A stretch of 62,913 nt of DNA, counting the filler, from Stramenopiles sp. TOSAG23-3 (taxonomy: Eukaryota), in assembly GCA_900128585.1 (NCBI GenBank). It is 9 parts of 9 records of this genome, joined end to end, with 100 filler letters (N's around TTAATTAATTAA, not from the genome) between each part and the next. Parts side by side here need not be neighbours in the genome. Positions count along the whole stretch, not along the records: positions 7,032 to 13,950 come from LT643233.1; positions 14,051 to 20,966 come from LT643234.1; 7 more parts are not named here. One strand, written 5' to 3'. Positions 9,657 to 21,066 of this stretch are shown here, in pieces. The position numbers and the translations under genes are program-made. The notes beneath the pieces are model-generated. The model made no database searches, was not told where the DNA came from, and worked only from the letters and a program-made list of their open reading frames with translations. Numbering within the stretch: the stretch's first letter is position 1; every line of letters begins with the position of its first letter.

Positions 9657-11782
9657 TCTTTTCTACCGTTGTACACATCACGTACGAAGCATCCTTCGTG
9701 ACGGTTCCTAGTTCGAACCGCATTCCCATTTCTAATTGTTCTTCAGGATGAAGCCCACGAACGTAAAATAGTGCCGCGTCCTCACTCCTAGAGGAGGAAA
9801 ACAATAATTTTGGGGCGTTTGCAACCGACAAAAACTTTCCGTCCGATTCTACCATGACAGGAGATTCTCCAGTGATGATCTCGTTCCCTAAGAAGCGTTT
9901 CCACAATCGAATCTCTGACGCTTCCTTCGAAAACCCGGCACGGTTTGAGGTTCCAATTGCATTCAAATACAAGGAACGCGAAAATGCGTGGCTAATGACT
10001 ACTGGTCGACTGGCCCGCACAAACTGCCGGCGCTGCACCTGGTCATCAAGACCAGGACAACGGACGGCACACCAAATATCAGCTAGCCCAAAGTTTACGC
10101 GACTACTCCATGTGAACGTATATGTGCCACCTTCCGCCCGTTGAAGGGAGCCTGCATTTGGGGCGTTCGCTGACATCGTTGGCGGAAACACTTCGAACGT
10201 GCTAGTTTTGCTTTGGCTAAACGATAGCGCAAACTGGACCGATGTCGGGGGAAACGCATGGTACTCCCATATGATTTGCTGCCCACCCAAAACGTTGCAC
10301 TCCAACTGCCACGTAGATTTATGCTGAGGCGTAGGTGCTTGGACGGCAAACAGTTGTGCGCCTGCCGCCAGCGCCGCATTAGCACCTTTTGGCCCCAACG
10401 TTTTGAACAAGACATTGGTAGAATCAGGGGGGCGCAGCGCATACCAGCTCCCGCCTTTCTCGTTCTCTGGTCGCACCCTTGAAGGCGCAGAAGCTTTGGG
10501 GGGTTGGGAAAGCGAACGGTTGGTGTAAGACACGGATCGTTTTCGATGGTCGTTGTAGCGATCGACCCGTGCGCCTTCGCCGAAAAGGCCCAGCAGCGAC
10601 TTTCTGCTACGCCGCCCAGATGGGGCGCTTCCGGGGCCCCACCCCCGTGTTTCCGGCAACGCGTCTCCCCCGGCCCCACTTGTAGAACCACCCACATTCT
10701 TTGAAGCACACCTGCCGTCCATTCCTTTCCCCAGCTCTTCTGGCTTTCGCACTGCACCATCATCGCATTCCGCATTGTCGTTCGAAGATGTGGTCCTGGT
10801 CTTGCTGACGGTCACACGGTTGGAAGACAGTCCCGCTGGGCTGTTGAACAGTATGGTATTCGCTTCGTTCAACGCCCTCCATTGAGACAGCATAATCAGC
10901 GCAATTCGCTCTTGAAAATCATGCACTAAGAGCACCTCCATTTTCTCCAGAACTTTCTGCAATTTAAGAGGAGGTTTCCCCTCCACGGCCGAGTTTCTAC
11001 GTTTACTATCTTTCCGCCCGTGAGCCTTCAAATGGTTGATCAGTAAAGTAACCAACGGGGGAGGTTTTGGAGCATCTAAGGAAGTGTTGCTTAAATTTTC
11101 TTTCTGGTACGATAACAACAATTTAATGCACGCGTTCTCCGCAAACCCCGATATCCAATTCGACCCTGTCCACATTTCCAACATATTTACAATCAACGCT
11201 GTCGGGGTATTGGGGGTAAAAGACCCTTCTTGCCGTCCAAGTTCTGTCAGCTGGGCTAGTTCAACTGCAAAACTAGTTGCCTCTGAAATTTCTCTACTTC
11301 CGCCAGAGTCGACTATTCTGGCGTGGTCATTCACCGCAGTGAAGCACTCCTGTATTGACGTATTCAGAGCGGTCTCTATTTGTTCCAAACTAGGATCGCT
11401 GTTCGTAAGCGTGGTTTTCAACGTGTTCAAATACTGCGGCAATTCTTTCCCGTACATTATATCAATTACTGTCGTTGGGTTGTTCCTAATCTGTTGAATA
11501 TCTTCTAACGCCTCGTCGATAAGCGCGGCCTCGTAGGACGGGGGTGGGTGCGCCGGCAAAGGCGAATTTTCTAGTGGAGGTGGTGGCCGCATGTAATCGT
11601 CCTCATTATCTTGCCCAGGCCGAGCCACCATACCCTCAGCCACCCCCCCCCTCTTCATTCATGCCAATGGTGGCGTCCCCACCTGCATTTTGAAATGCAC
11701 TTTCTTCCACCATCGCCACCGCCTCCGCCACCGCCACCGCCTCGGACGACCGCGTCACCTCCTGGGACTCGCCAGACGACAT
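9598..11782 (-). CDS. N-terminal part (with GOLD-like domain) of the RasGEF-VPS9 gene, interrupted by +1 frameshifts at a G9 run and a T7 run
   Basis: 686-aa ORF overlaps the downstream ORF by 59 bp. GOLD-like IIWEY...VQFALSF...GTYTFTWS. The upstream in-style N-terminus MSSGESQEV (ATG 11782) joins it if G9 (11643-11651) is read as G8. Confidence 0.7.
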
Positions 11783-12372
11783 GCTTCCACGTTTTCGCAC
11801 CAATCGTATGTATGTGCCCCCCGGAGAAACAGGAACGGAAACCACACAGTAAGTACCGTGCAGTATGCATTCATTCGTTCTTAACATAAGAATTTGAAAT
11901 CCAAACAATCCCACTACATACTATATAAGAGTATTTATCTAAATAAATGTGAACCCCTAACCCAACAAAAAACTGAAACTGGATTTCATTATTATAATTA
12001 TTATAATAATAAAGAAGAACCTTCTTCTTCTTCTCTTTTCTTAATAATAAAAAATAATATATTAATAAATCCACTTTTATTTTTTCTTCTTCTTCCTTCT
12101 TCTTCTTCTCTTTTTTTTTTCTTCTTCTCTTTTTTTCTTTCTTCTTCTTTGTTGGTCCTATTGGATGGTACTTCTTCCCCTTTTTTTTCCTTCTTCTTTC
12201 TGTTTGCTCTGCTGCTGCTGGCTCATGTTACATCCTGCAGCAGCCATTTGCTGTGTTCTTGTATGTTGTCGCTCATGATTGATTTTTTTCCTTTTGTTGA
12301 TTTGTTGTTGTTGTGTTGATTTTTCATTCATTCTTTCTTCTTCTTTCTTTCTTCTCGTTCCTCTTTCTTCTT

Positions 12373-13950
12373 CTATTCTCTATTCTCTCTTGCTTCAAGG
12401 CGGCGAACTGGGGGGCTTCGGTTGGTTGCTATGACTTTGCTGATTGTAAATGACGCTTTACTTTCGGCCATGGTCAATTCGATTCCATTGAACTTCACCA
12501 GGTACACACTATCGGCGTCATCACGATTCGACATTCGGCCGCCCCATATCACCATACGGCTTTCATCCAAAGCAGTCGCGCAATGCTCGTCGCGTTTGCG
12601 AAGATCTTCGCCACCTTGCTGTACACCAACCCACGTTACTTCCGCCTGTAAACTACCAGCTTGCCCGCGTTGCCCCTTTCCACTATCCTCTAGGTTGCTG
12701 ACATCCAACGCGTACAAACTACTCCCTGCGTCGACATAGCCAATACCGCCACTAACGACCAAACATTTGGTACGACAAGATTCGCCATATAGGACCGTGG
12801 CAGTGTGGCCGACCCGAGCGCTCGGAGCGTGGCGGCCGCGGACAAGAGCCGGGAGGAGCGACGCGTTGTACGTCACTGCATGATTGCATTGATGGGCAAC
12901 GCTCGGGGGCAAGAGCTGTCCCTTTTTCTCCGGGCAGGGTCGCCCGTTATCATGTGCTACCACCGGGGACATTTTAATAATATGAACTTCATTAAAGCAC
13001 TGGCCATGACCTCGTCCGTTCGCTCGCACCTTTTCTAGACCTCCGAACACAACCATAAATTGGTCCTTCAACGCATTTTTATTACGACCTGCACTGTCAG
13101 CAGACGGAGCGCCATCGTCGCTGCGAGAACCCTTGTCTCCGTCACTTGCAATGCCTGTCCCGGTGATTGTGCTCAAAGAATTCAGAGAAAACCGAGTTCG
13201 TGCGGGAACATCCAGGCGTTCGCTTGTCTCGCGGCTTGCCCATGACATGGACCATGTATCCAAGACGAATACTTTGAAACTGCTCGTAAGTAGACACAAG
13301 TGGCGCCGGCTACCTCCATCTATCCAACAGGAAAAATTCGACTGGGTTTCCGTACTGTCTGGAATATCTCCATACGTTCGTGCATACCGCCACAGTTTAG
13401 ATTTTGGGCTGTACACCGGGATGGTGCTGTACGAGAAGTAATTTCGCTGCGTGTATCCATTTAAGGCCATTACGTCCCCATTTTCTAATTCGTACATCCC
13501 GCAACAGTGCAGTGCCGGCACAAAGTCGCACACCAAGGGCTCAGGCGCAGCCTCCGTGCCATCCTGCTGGCCTAAGCCTGATGAATACTTTTCCCTTGCC
13601 GTGCACTGCTCTTGGAAGGCCGATTTACGGGTCACTCCTAAAGCAACGTCTCCCGGGCGGTTTTCCAAAGTTGGGGTGCAACCTGGGGCGTTGGCTTTCT
13701 GCTCTCCGTTATCCTTTGAAGGAGAAGCTTTCCGTTTCCGTTCCAACGATCGTTCTCCCGCTTGGGTGTCAACAGTGCCTGCAGTGGTGCTGTTGCTTTC
13801 TAACATGCTTACAAAACTCAATTTTTCTTTTAGGCGAAGTCTGATTTGGGCGGAGCACTCCCATGAAGTGTCTTGAGGATACGTGGCACGTGCAGGTGCA
13901 ATGCTTGTGACAACCTGTTCTACAATGTTTTTAATCATAATGGCAGTTGT
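12373..13950 (-). CDS. Kelch-repeat protein, 5'-partial and apparently truncated at the 3' end
   Basis: Kelch blades MVVFGG...FNEVHII, PSARVGHTATV...LVVSGG, RDEHCATALDESRMVIWGG. Frame is open to the contig edge. The ORF runs into GA-rich low-complexity DNA right after SPPVRR. Confidence 0.7.
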   Translation of the reverse strand, partial: TTAIMIKNIVEQVVTSIAPARATYPQDTSWECSAQIRLRLKEKLSFVSMLESNSTTAGTVDTQAGERSLERKRKASPSKDNGEQKANAPGCTPTLENRPGDVALGVTRKSAFQEQCTAREKYSSGLGQQDGTEAAPEPLVCDFVPALHCCGMYELENGDVMALNGYTQRNYFSYSTIPVYSPKSKLWRYARTYGDIPDSTETQSNFSCWIDGGSRRHLCLLTSSFKVFVLDTWSMSWASRETSERLDVPARTRFSLNSLSTITGTGIASDGDKGSRSDDGAPSADSAGRNKNALKDQFMVVFGGLEKVRANGRGHGQCFNEVHIIKMSPVVAHDNGRPCPEKKGQLLPPSVAHQCNHAVTYNASLLPALVRGRHAPSARVGHTATVLYGESCRTKCLVVSGGIGYVDAGSSLYALDVSNLEDSGKGQRGQAGSLQAEVTWVGVQQGGEDLRKRDEHCATALDESRMVIWGGRMSNRDDADSVYLVKFNGIELTMAESKASFTISKVIATNRSPPVRRLEARENRE

Positions 13951-14050
13951 NNNNNNNNNNNNNNNNNNNNNNNNNNNNNNNNNNNNNNNNNNNNTTAATT
14001 AATTAANNNNNNNNNNNNNNNNNNNNNNNNNNNNNNNNNNNNNNNNNNNN
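13951..14050. other. Artificial contig linker
   Basis: N44-TTAATTAATTAA-N44. Confidence 0.98.
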
Positions 14051-14843
14051 TTATATATATATACGTAGGCCTACCTACTATCATACTGTATTAAAGAATA
14101 TTATTTTTTATTTATTTCTTCTTTTATTTTATTATTATTATTTTTTTATTCCTATGATATGTATATGTATTACATAGTAGATTTCTAAATGGAAGAAAAA
14201 TAATGGAGCTGAGTCATCCATCACATTACACACAACACAACACAACATGGAGGACATTATTGTAGATCGATGTGAGGGATGTTTTAGAATACATTTTATA
14301 TACTATACTGTGTGGTGTTAATCGTATTATATAATTTGAGCGAAAAAAGATATTATTCATCAATAATAATTTCGTTCCTATAATTTAATTTAAATACCAT
14401 AGTAATACACTGTGTGAATGTGTGAACTAGAACACTGTACATTGAAGAACTGAAGAAAGAAAAAGAAAGAAAGAACGAACCAACAAAAAAAAGGATTATC
14501 GATCCTGTGAATTTTAATAGGAACGTTATTAAATATAAGTATAATGTATTTATAATGTATAAACTATTAATAAAAAAAGATGAAAACAAAAAGGGTTTGA
14601 GATGAGAGAGAAACAATATGAATAAATAATTTGTATTTATATTGTATAATACAATATATCTTATTATAATGTAATATTAATATTGTTTATTACTTTTATA
14701 AGAATAAGCTGTACGATTGATAGAAAATATTATGCTGTCAATTGTGTGTGGGTGGGTGACAACCACCAGTGATTTCTTTCTTCCCGATGTCCCCGCGCTA
14801 ACTAACCCCTTCCAGTCATTTATTATTTTATTTTATCCTCATA

Positions 14844-14972
14844 GAAGGAAGGAAGGAAGGAAGGAAGGNNNNNNNNNNNNNNNNNNNNNNNNNNNNNNNN
14901 NNNNNNNNNNNNNNNNNNTAGACTCTAGACGACTAGAATAGAATAGAATAGAATAGAATAGAATAGAATAGA
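14844..14972. repeat. (GGAA)n and (GAATA)n microsatellites flanking a 50-N scaffold gap (14869-14918)
   Basis: Tandem runs are directly visible. Confidence 0.9.
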
Positions 14973-15145
14973 ACCATCGACTCTTACACAGACTTGAATT
15001 AAAATTAATTAAGCCTATTTATCTCTCACCTCTCACCCATCAATCAATCACCACACTATCACAATATATTATATTGTATTACCAGGTACCAGGTACCGAA
15101 CGGAATAATAGTCGTCTAGCTTCCGAAACAATGATGATACAAATT

Positions 15146-15156
15146 AAAAGAAGAAA

Positions 15157-15192
<36 letters not shown>

Positions 15193-15215
15193 GGAAAGAA
15201 GAAAGAAAGAAGAAA

Positions 15216-15272
<57 letters not shown>

Positions 15273-15320
15273 GGAAAGAAGACAGAAGAAGAAGAAAGAA
15301 GGAAGAAGGAAGGATGGAGA
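15146..15320. repeat. (GAAA)n/(GAA)n polypurine microsatellite tract
   Basis: Directly visible. Confidence 0.9.
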
Positions 15321-15594
15321 GGGTAAATCAGAATATTTTATTGAACTATTGCAATACAATGTTCCCCCTATGCGGTGTTTAATATTAAATATTTTTTTAT
15401 TTGATTTTTAAAATGTACTTGTTGTATTTATTATACTACTGTGTATTTACTATTTAGATTGATTGATAAGTAGAGACTCTTCTTACCCCCACAACGAAAA
15501 ACAAACAGGCTCGAAGATCGAAGGCAAGTTCGCGCTATATCCGAACTATAAATGCCCCTCACTTTCGTGCTTTTATTGCCCCCCCCCCCCTCTT

Positions 15595-17088
15595 TCAAGT
15601 CCACGGGTAAAATGTACTGAACAAAATGGACCCCATCACAAAGTATATTGCAAAATAACCAAGAATGTAATGGGATCGGGGGTCACGTTTGTTAATCAAG
15701 GTAGCGGCAAACCAGTAGAGTGGGGGTGACGAGGCAAACAGGAAGCGTGTCAGCACTTCCACGTGCATCATCACGAGGCCAAAGACGGTCAATACAAACA
15801 TGTACCAGACGTACGGCGCTACTCTATGTGAGTGAAACCCTACGATCGGCAGGTCCAGGGATTCGCTCTGGTTGTTCAAACCGACTACGGCAGTAACGCG
15901 GTCTATTGCGGGGAACTGGGAGGCGCAGCCATGGCGGTGCCGAAGGCGGCCGATGTACCGCCGAAAGGTCCACAACGACAACGTGACGACGGGCAGGGCA
16001 AGGACAAAGTTCGGGATCTTGCTGACTCGGTAGTACGCAAAAGGCCCTAAATCCCAGTAAGCCTCCTGAACGTGCGCGTAAATGTTCGACGACTTGCACC
16101 AGGCACGATCAGTTGAATCCCCGTTGCAGTACAAGGTTCGGGCGTAGAGCTGCATCCCAAAGTAGGGTAAAATGCCGATGATGGACAGCACCAGGTACTT
16201 GGCCGTCGCCAGCAGCATGAATCCTGCCGTGGGGCCGTTGGCCGGGCCGGCGGAGCTGAACCTGCCTTCCTGCAGCTTTAAGAATCGTTTCGAAAATCCA
16301 GGCCACACGTGCCCCTTCGCAAAGTGGTAGACAGGAAAGCCGACAAGGACCAAACCGTTCGCACGAAATGCACAGGCAGAAAAAAACAAAAATGCACCGA
16401 GGGCCTCGATGCCTTCCCCAACGCACAGGGAGTCCGTGAGGATGGACGTCCTGCTGTTGTTCTTGTCGCTGTTTTCCTTCAACTCCACCCCCCGCTCGTA
16501 GCACAGCATTCCCACGAACGAACAGAAAGCAAAGAATGTCTCGGAGTAGTAAGCCGACATGAAAATGCTTGCAGGGTTGAAGCAAAAGAGGATCGATGAG
16601 ACGAACGCTTGTTTCTCGTTCTTCAGGACAACTTTCGACAGCTGGTACAGCGCCCACGCCGCGCCGACGAAGTGGATATGCATATGCAGCAAACCGGAGA
16701 CCAGCAGGGAAGTCTTCACGCTCCATAATCCGCCGTCGCCGTCAAAGTACGACATACAAAGGCATTTTCTCACTAGGTTCGCCACGATCGGCAGCATCGG
16801 CCCAAAGGCGTGGTTCTTCTCGTACTCGTACCCGACCTCCGCGATGCGCAAGAAGTACGCCGCGTCCCACCGTGTATACTGTCCAAAAAGGGCCCACACA
16901 GCCTTGTCGACCGCCGTGGGCTGCTTGTCCCCGAATATCGCCACACTCGACGAAGTGTCGTACGGAGAAACAAAGAAGTTCGCGACCAGAGTTATCACCC
17001 ACACCAACACCCTGCTCATAAGCGCATACTTCATCACCTGCACGGCACGGTTCTTCGACCCAACCAGCAACGAACGGCTGGAGCTCAT
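15595..17088 (-). CDS. PIGV: GPI mannosyltransferase 2 (PIG-V/Gpi18)
   Basis: RWDAAYFLRIAEVGYEYEKNHAF, LFCFNPASIFMSAYYSETFF, IYAHVQEAYWDLG...IPNFVLALP, MHVEVLTRF...PPLYW, C-terminal FYPWT. First ATG is at 17088. Confidence 0.95.
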   Translation of the reverse strand: MSSSRSLLVGSKNRAVQVMKYALMSRVLVWVITLVANFFVSPYDTSSSVAIFGDKQPTAVDKAVWALFGQYTRWDAAYFLRIAEVGYEYEKNHAFGPMLPIVANLVRKCLCMSYFDGDGGLWSVKTSLLVSGLLHMHIHFVGAAWALYQLSKVVLKNEKQAFVSSILFCFNPASIFMSAYYSETFFAFCSFVGMLCYERGVELKENSDKNNSRTSILTDSLCVGEGIEALGAFLFFSACAFRANGLVLVGFPVYHFAKGHVWPGFSKRFLKLQEGRFSSAGPANGPTAGFMLLATAKYLVLSIIGILPYFGMQLYARTLYCNGDSTDRAWCKSSNIYAHVQEAYWDLGPFAYYRVSKIPNFVLALPVVTLSLWTFRRYIGRLRHRHGCASQFPAIDRVTAVVGLNNQSESLDLPIVGFHSHRVAPYVWYMFVLTVFGLVMMHVEVLTRFLFASSPPLYWFAATLINKRDPRSHYILGYFAIYFVMGSILFSTFYPWT

Positions 17089-17386
17089 GTTGGCCAGCAA
17101 CGTCACTTCAGGTAATCAACAACTTTCAACGAAATACCGTTCCTTGCTCACACGCCAACTGGTATGCTGAGAATACAAATAGACTTAATTCCAAGAAAAG
17201 TGCACACTTAAACTCTGCAAAAAAACATGGATTTAAATTATGTTTGGTATGGTATGCTGTTTTGTAAAAAAATAAATTGCACAAAAATTTTCTTTTACTT
17301 CTTTTTCGTACATACCAATAATAATAATACAAAAAATAATAATAATAATAATATTTATAATAATACATTTTTTTGTATAATACCGG

Positions 17387-17565
17387 TTGCTCTACCCTGT
17401 TTTTTTTCCGGCTAAAAACATTTGGTTCAAAACACAGGTAATAACAAGGAAACATTTTGCTGATAGTTGTGTTTTCTTTTTTTTTTAATTTCCTTTGCTC
17501 TACCCTGTTTTTTTTCCGGCTAAAAACATTTGGTTCAAAAAACAGGTAATAACAAGGAAACATTT
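17387..17565. repeat. Two near-identical direct repeats of about 71 bp (period 108) upstream of PIG-V
   Basis: TTGCTCTACCCTGT8CCGGCTAAAAACATTTGGTTCAAAA(C/A)ACAGGTAATAACAAGGAAACATTT at 17387 and 17495. Confidence 0.9.
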
Positions 17566-18056
17566 GGCACATGGAAATAGCATCAAAACAGGAATAGTCA
17601 GATTTTCTTAGTTAGTTTAACTTTTTTTTAAAATTCCCATCTTTATTTTCGTCTACTCTATTACAGTATTTAAATTATTATTAAAAAATAAAAAATTTAT
17701 TATTATTATTTTATATTTTTTATTGTCCTACTACTACTACTACTACTACTACTACAACCAGGAACCTCATCATGGCAAACAACATGAAACACATCCACGT
17801 TGGGATTATTCTCAAATTCCATCCATGGTAAAGCTATATAAATAGGAATAATAGAAGGGTACAGGTACACGCATCCGGAGTCCGGAGGAGGGAGGAACAA
17901 TTTTTTTAAATATTTTAGTGTCGTCTATTATTATTATTATATATATTGTTATTATTTTGATGATCTGTGATGTTGGTACGTTACTTTATTTGCTTTAGAA
18001 GTTTATTACTCTACGTTTACATACAAAATGCAGAGAATAACTTTCTCTTTTTCAAA

Positions 18057-19757
18057 TTAAATACTGATGCTTACGTTGAAGGGCATCGCAGGGCGCCCGT
18101 ACACAGTGTCGTACACAATCATTGTAGGGTAATCCTTGAATGCATACTTCAAGTACCCAATCTTCCCGCTTATGAAGGTGGTATTCAACTGCAGCGTGTA
18201 GCCATCTTCTTTAACCCCAACAACTTCAAGAGGTTGGTAACACGGGCATTTGCTACAGTCCATGCACGCGTTGCTCTTAAGCTGCCTGGAACCAACTGAC
18301 GTCGCCCCTGGAATCCCTTCTCCGGAAACGTCGTTCCACAGGCTGAAGCCACCGCCATCGCTCATTCCGTACTGCAGACCGTACTGGGACCTTAGGGTGA
18401 TCTTTTGATCGAACTTTACCCGAATGCCACCACAACGCCAGCCAGTTGATGCGGTGGTTTGACAAATCCCGCTTGCCACACCATGGTGGAAGTTTCCCCA
18501 ACTATCATTCCATGGATCGAACACCACCTCAACTACGTTAGGGCCAGCCCCAGGCATTTTCGCGTTTCCCCGGCACAGCTTGTCCCCCAAAAGCCCCAAC
18601 CTCCTCCCCACCTCTTGTTTCCAAGGAGGATGGATCGGGTGGTAAGACCCCGCCGGGTCTGCAATATCGGCAGCTACGACCATCTCGACGGACTCCAGCT
18701 TCAGGGCAGTCAACTGCGCGTAACGGATTCCAGAAATGATGCCAACGTCGTGGTTTGGCCACGCCGATATTTGAACAAATATAAACGGCAACTTCGGGGC
18801 ATTCCAGTACTGCCTCCATTGGGATATCATGGCAGGGAAGCACCGGGAGTACAATTCTGGCTCGTTTGAATTGGACTCACCTTGATACCATAAAACACCC
18901 GATAGTTTCAATTTCAAGAAAGGGTAGATCATTGAGTTCCACAGCGTGGTGTCCATGTTCGGGGGGCCCGCGCCCAGCTCAAGGAATGCGTCCAGAAGAA
19001 ACGGCTCCGCCACGAACACTGGTTTCGACGGGTTCGAAGGAGCAGACGCCACGCTGGCACCGCATGATTTCAACGTCACTTGGTCCATCCAAACCTGAAT
19101 TCTCGTGCCACCCCAACTGCTCGCGATCAAGCCCACCGGGATCGATTTATTTTTCTTCGTCATTTCTACACCGTAATAGTAGCACACGGCGGACATGCCG
19201 GCGACGGGTACAAACTCCGACCCATCCTTTTCGGTGTACCTGGACGGAGACGGGTGCCCCCACGGCAGACTCAAACTCACATTTTCCTGCGGAGCGGTGA
19301 CGTTGTAATACTCTGGCGCCGTCTCTACTAGTATGATTCGAAGCCCCTCGCCGTGGGTCGAGGCTTTCGCTATTTCTTCCGCTTGGTTGAACGTCGCCAA
19401 CACCCCAAGTTGCATATTCGACTGCCCGCTGCAGACGTAGACCTCTCCAAAGACAACGTCGTGCAGGGTGAGGGCAGAGCCCCCCCCCCTTTCTTGCACG
19501 GCAATGGTGTATGCCTTGAGGCCTGCTGCCCTTCCGGGCAAAACCACTTGAAACTTGCCACTGTCGTCCGTGGTTGTTTCAAAACTTTTGTCGTCAAAGT
19601 TCACGGTGATATGTTGCTGGGGCGAACTCACACCCCAGAATTCCACGTCCTCATTCTGTTGTAAAACCATCGAACTCGAAAAATAAGACGGCAGCACTAT
19701 AGAGCCGCGAACCGCGTGAATCGTCAGCAAAACGAGCGCAATTAGAAAATGTCGCAT
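18057..19757 (-). CDS. SIAE: Secreted sialate O-acetylesterase (SASA domain, SGNH family)
   Basis: Signal peptide MRHFLIALVLL; LPSYFSSSMVLQQ; GEVYVCSGQSNM; SWGGT; GVLWYQGESN; IHPPWKQEVGRRL. Confidence 0.92.
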   Translation of the reverse strand: MRHFLIALVLLTIHAVRGSIVLPSYFSSSMVLQQNEDVEFWGVSSPQQHITVNFDDKSFETTTDDSGKFQVVLPGRAAGLKAYTIAVQERGGGSALTLHDVVFGEVYVCSGQSNMQLGVLATFNQAEEIAKASTHGEGLRIILVETAPEYYNVTAPQENVSLSLPWGHPSPSRYTEKDGSEFVPVAGMSAVCYYYGVEMTKKNKSIPVGLIASSWGGTRIQVWMDQVTLKSCGASVASAPSNPSKPVFVAEPFLLDAFLELGAGPPNMDTTLWNSMIYPFLKLKLSGVLWYQGESNSNEPELYSRCFPAMISQWRQYWNAPKLPFIFVQISAWPNHDVGIISGIRYAQLTALKLESVEMVVAADIADPAGSYHPIHPPWKQEVGRRLGLLGDKLCRGNAKMPGAGPNVVEVVFDPWNDSWGNFHHGVASGICQTTASTGWRCGGIRVKFDQKITLRSQYGLQYGMSDGGGFSLWNDVSGEGIPGATSVGSRQLKSNACMDCSKCPCYQPLEVVGVKEDGYTLQLNTTFISGKIGYLKYAFKDYPTMIVYDTVYGRPAMPFNVSISI

Positions 19758-20711
19758 ATTGTATTGTTCCCGAACAGAGTGAGTGTGAACGAAGAAACCC
19801 AAAGAATGTAATTAGTGTGTTTTGGTTTCGATGACCTTACCGTGTCTGCTCCCTGTTTTTTCTTTCTCCTTCTTCTTTTCGATGGCATGTATTGACAACA
19901 TATGGACAGCGTAAAGCTTTACCTTTATATATATACATGAAAGAATAAGAATCTATTTTCTTCCACCACCTTCAATCAAATCTAATCAGAACGAAGACCT
20001 CACTCAGTGGTGGTGGGGGATGGGAGGTGATGATGACGCCCGCGCACCCTGCACAGCACACAGGGCACACCACCACACGCTATCTTTTTTTTTATTTATT
20101 TCTTCTTATTATTATTATTATTACTTCTTCTTTTATCTATTATTATTATTCTTCTTTTCTCTTTTTTTTTTTAGTTTTTTGTGCTGACTCTGTACTCTGT
20201 GCCATATTTTTTAGTCGACGAATTTATTATAAATTAAAAAAAGAAGAAAAAGAAAAGCTCTGAAAGAATGAATTATAAAAAAAAGGAAGAATTAATAAAA
20301 ATAAAATCATTTGTACCGGAACCGGAACCGAACAGCAGTATTATTAATGTAATAAAAGGAAAAAAGAAAAAAAAGAAGAAGAAATAAAAGAAGAATTTTT
20401 TTTTTTTCTTCTTCTTCTTCTACTGTACTGTACTACTTCTTCTTCTTTTTTTATTTTATTATTTATACACCACTGTAGTAGTATTAGAACGACTATTATT
20501 ATTATTATTAAAAAATGTGTTGTGTCATCAACATGTGTACCAATTTTGATTTTTAAAGCATTGCACAAGGCTTGCTTGAAAAAAGAGAAGACCCCCACCG
20601 TTTCTTCACAAAGTATAGAAAATAGGTCGCAACAAATATTGTTTGGTCGACGCCTTGTACCCGTACGCAATTGATTTGCTGCATCTTGTTATACAATCAC
20701 AGGAAACGACA

Positions 20712-20966
20712 ATGGCTGGACTCGCTGCACGAAAGTCCTTCGACAATGCCCTTTTATCAAAGTTCGACAAAGCGCTGCTGGACGACACAGACGCTCAGTG
20801 TGAGCTCTTTTTGAAATCTTTTATTTTCGACCTTGGGGATGAGTGGAAGAAAGTTGTTGAGCTTTCGACCAGTTTCAAAAAGTTCTTGTTGGACGCTGGG
20901 GACGAGAACGACTGCAGTTGCATTCAGGCCGCTCATTTCCTTCAGAAGAACGGGAAAACAAGGACG
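20712..20966 (+). CDS. 3'-partial calcium-regulated actin-bundling protein-like (Dictyostelium 34-kDa ABP family)
   Basis: AQCELFLKSFIFDLGDEWK...QAAHFLQKNGKTRT resembles the region before the EF-hand in this family (recall-based). Cut by the contig end. Confidence 0.6.
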
Positions 20967-21066
20967 NNNNNNNNNNNNNNNNNNNNNNNNNNNNNNNNNN
21001 NNNNNNNNNNTTAATTAATTAANNNNNNNNNNNNNNNNNNNNNNNNNNNNNNNNNNNNNNNNNNNN
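20967..21066. other. Artificial contig linker
   Basis: N44-TTAATTAATTAA-N44. Confidence 0.98.
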
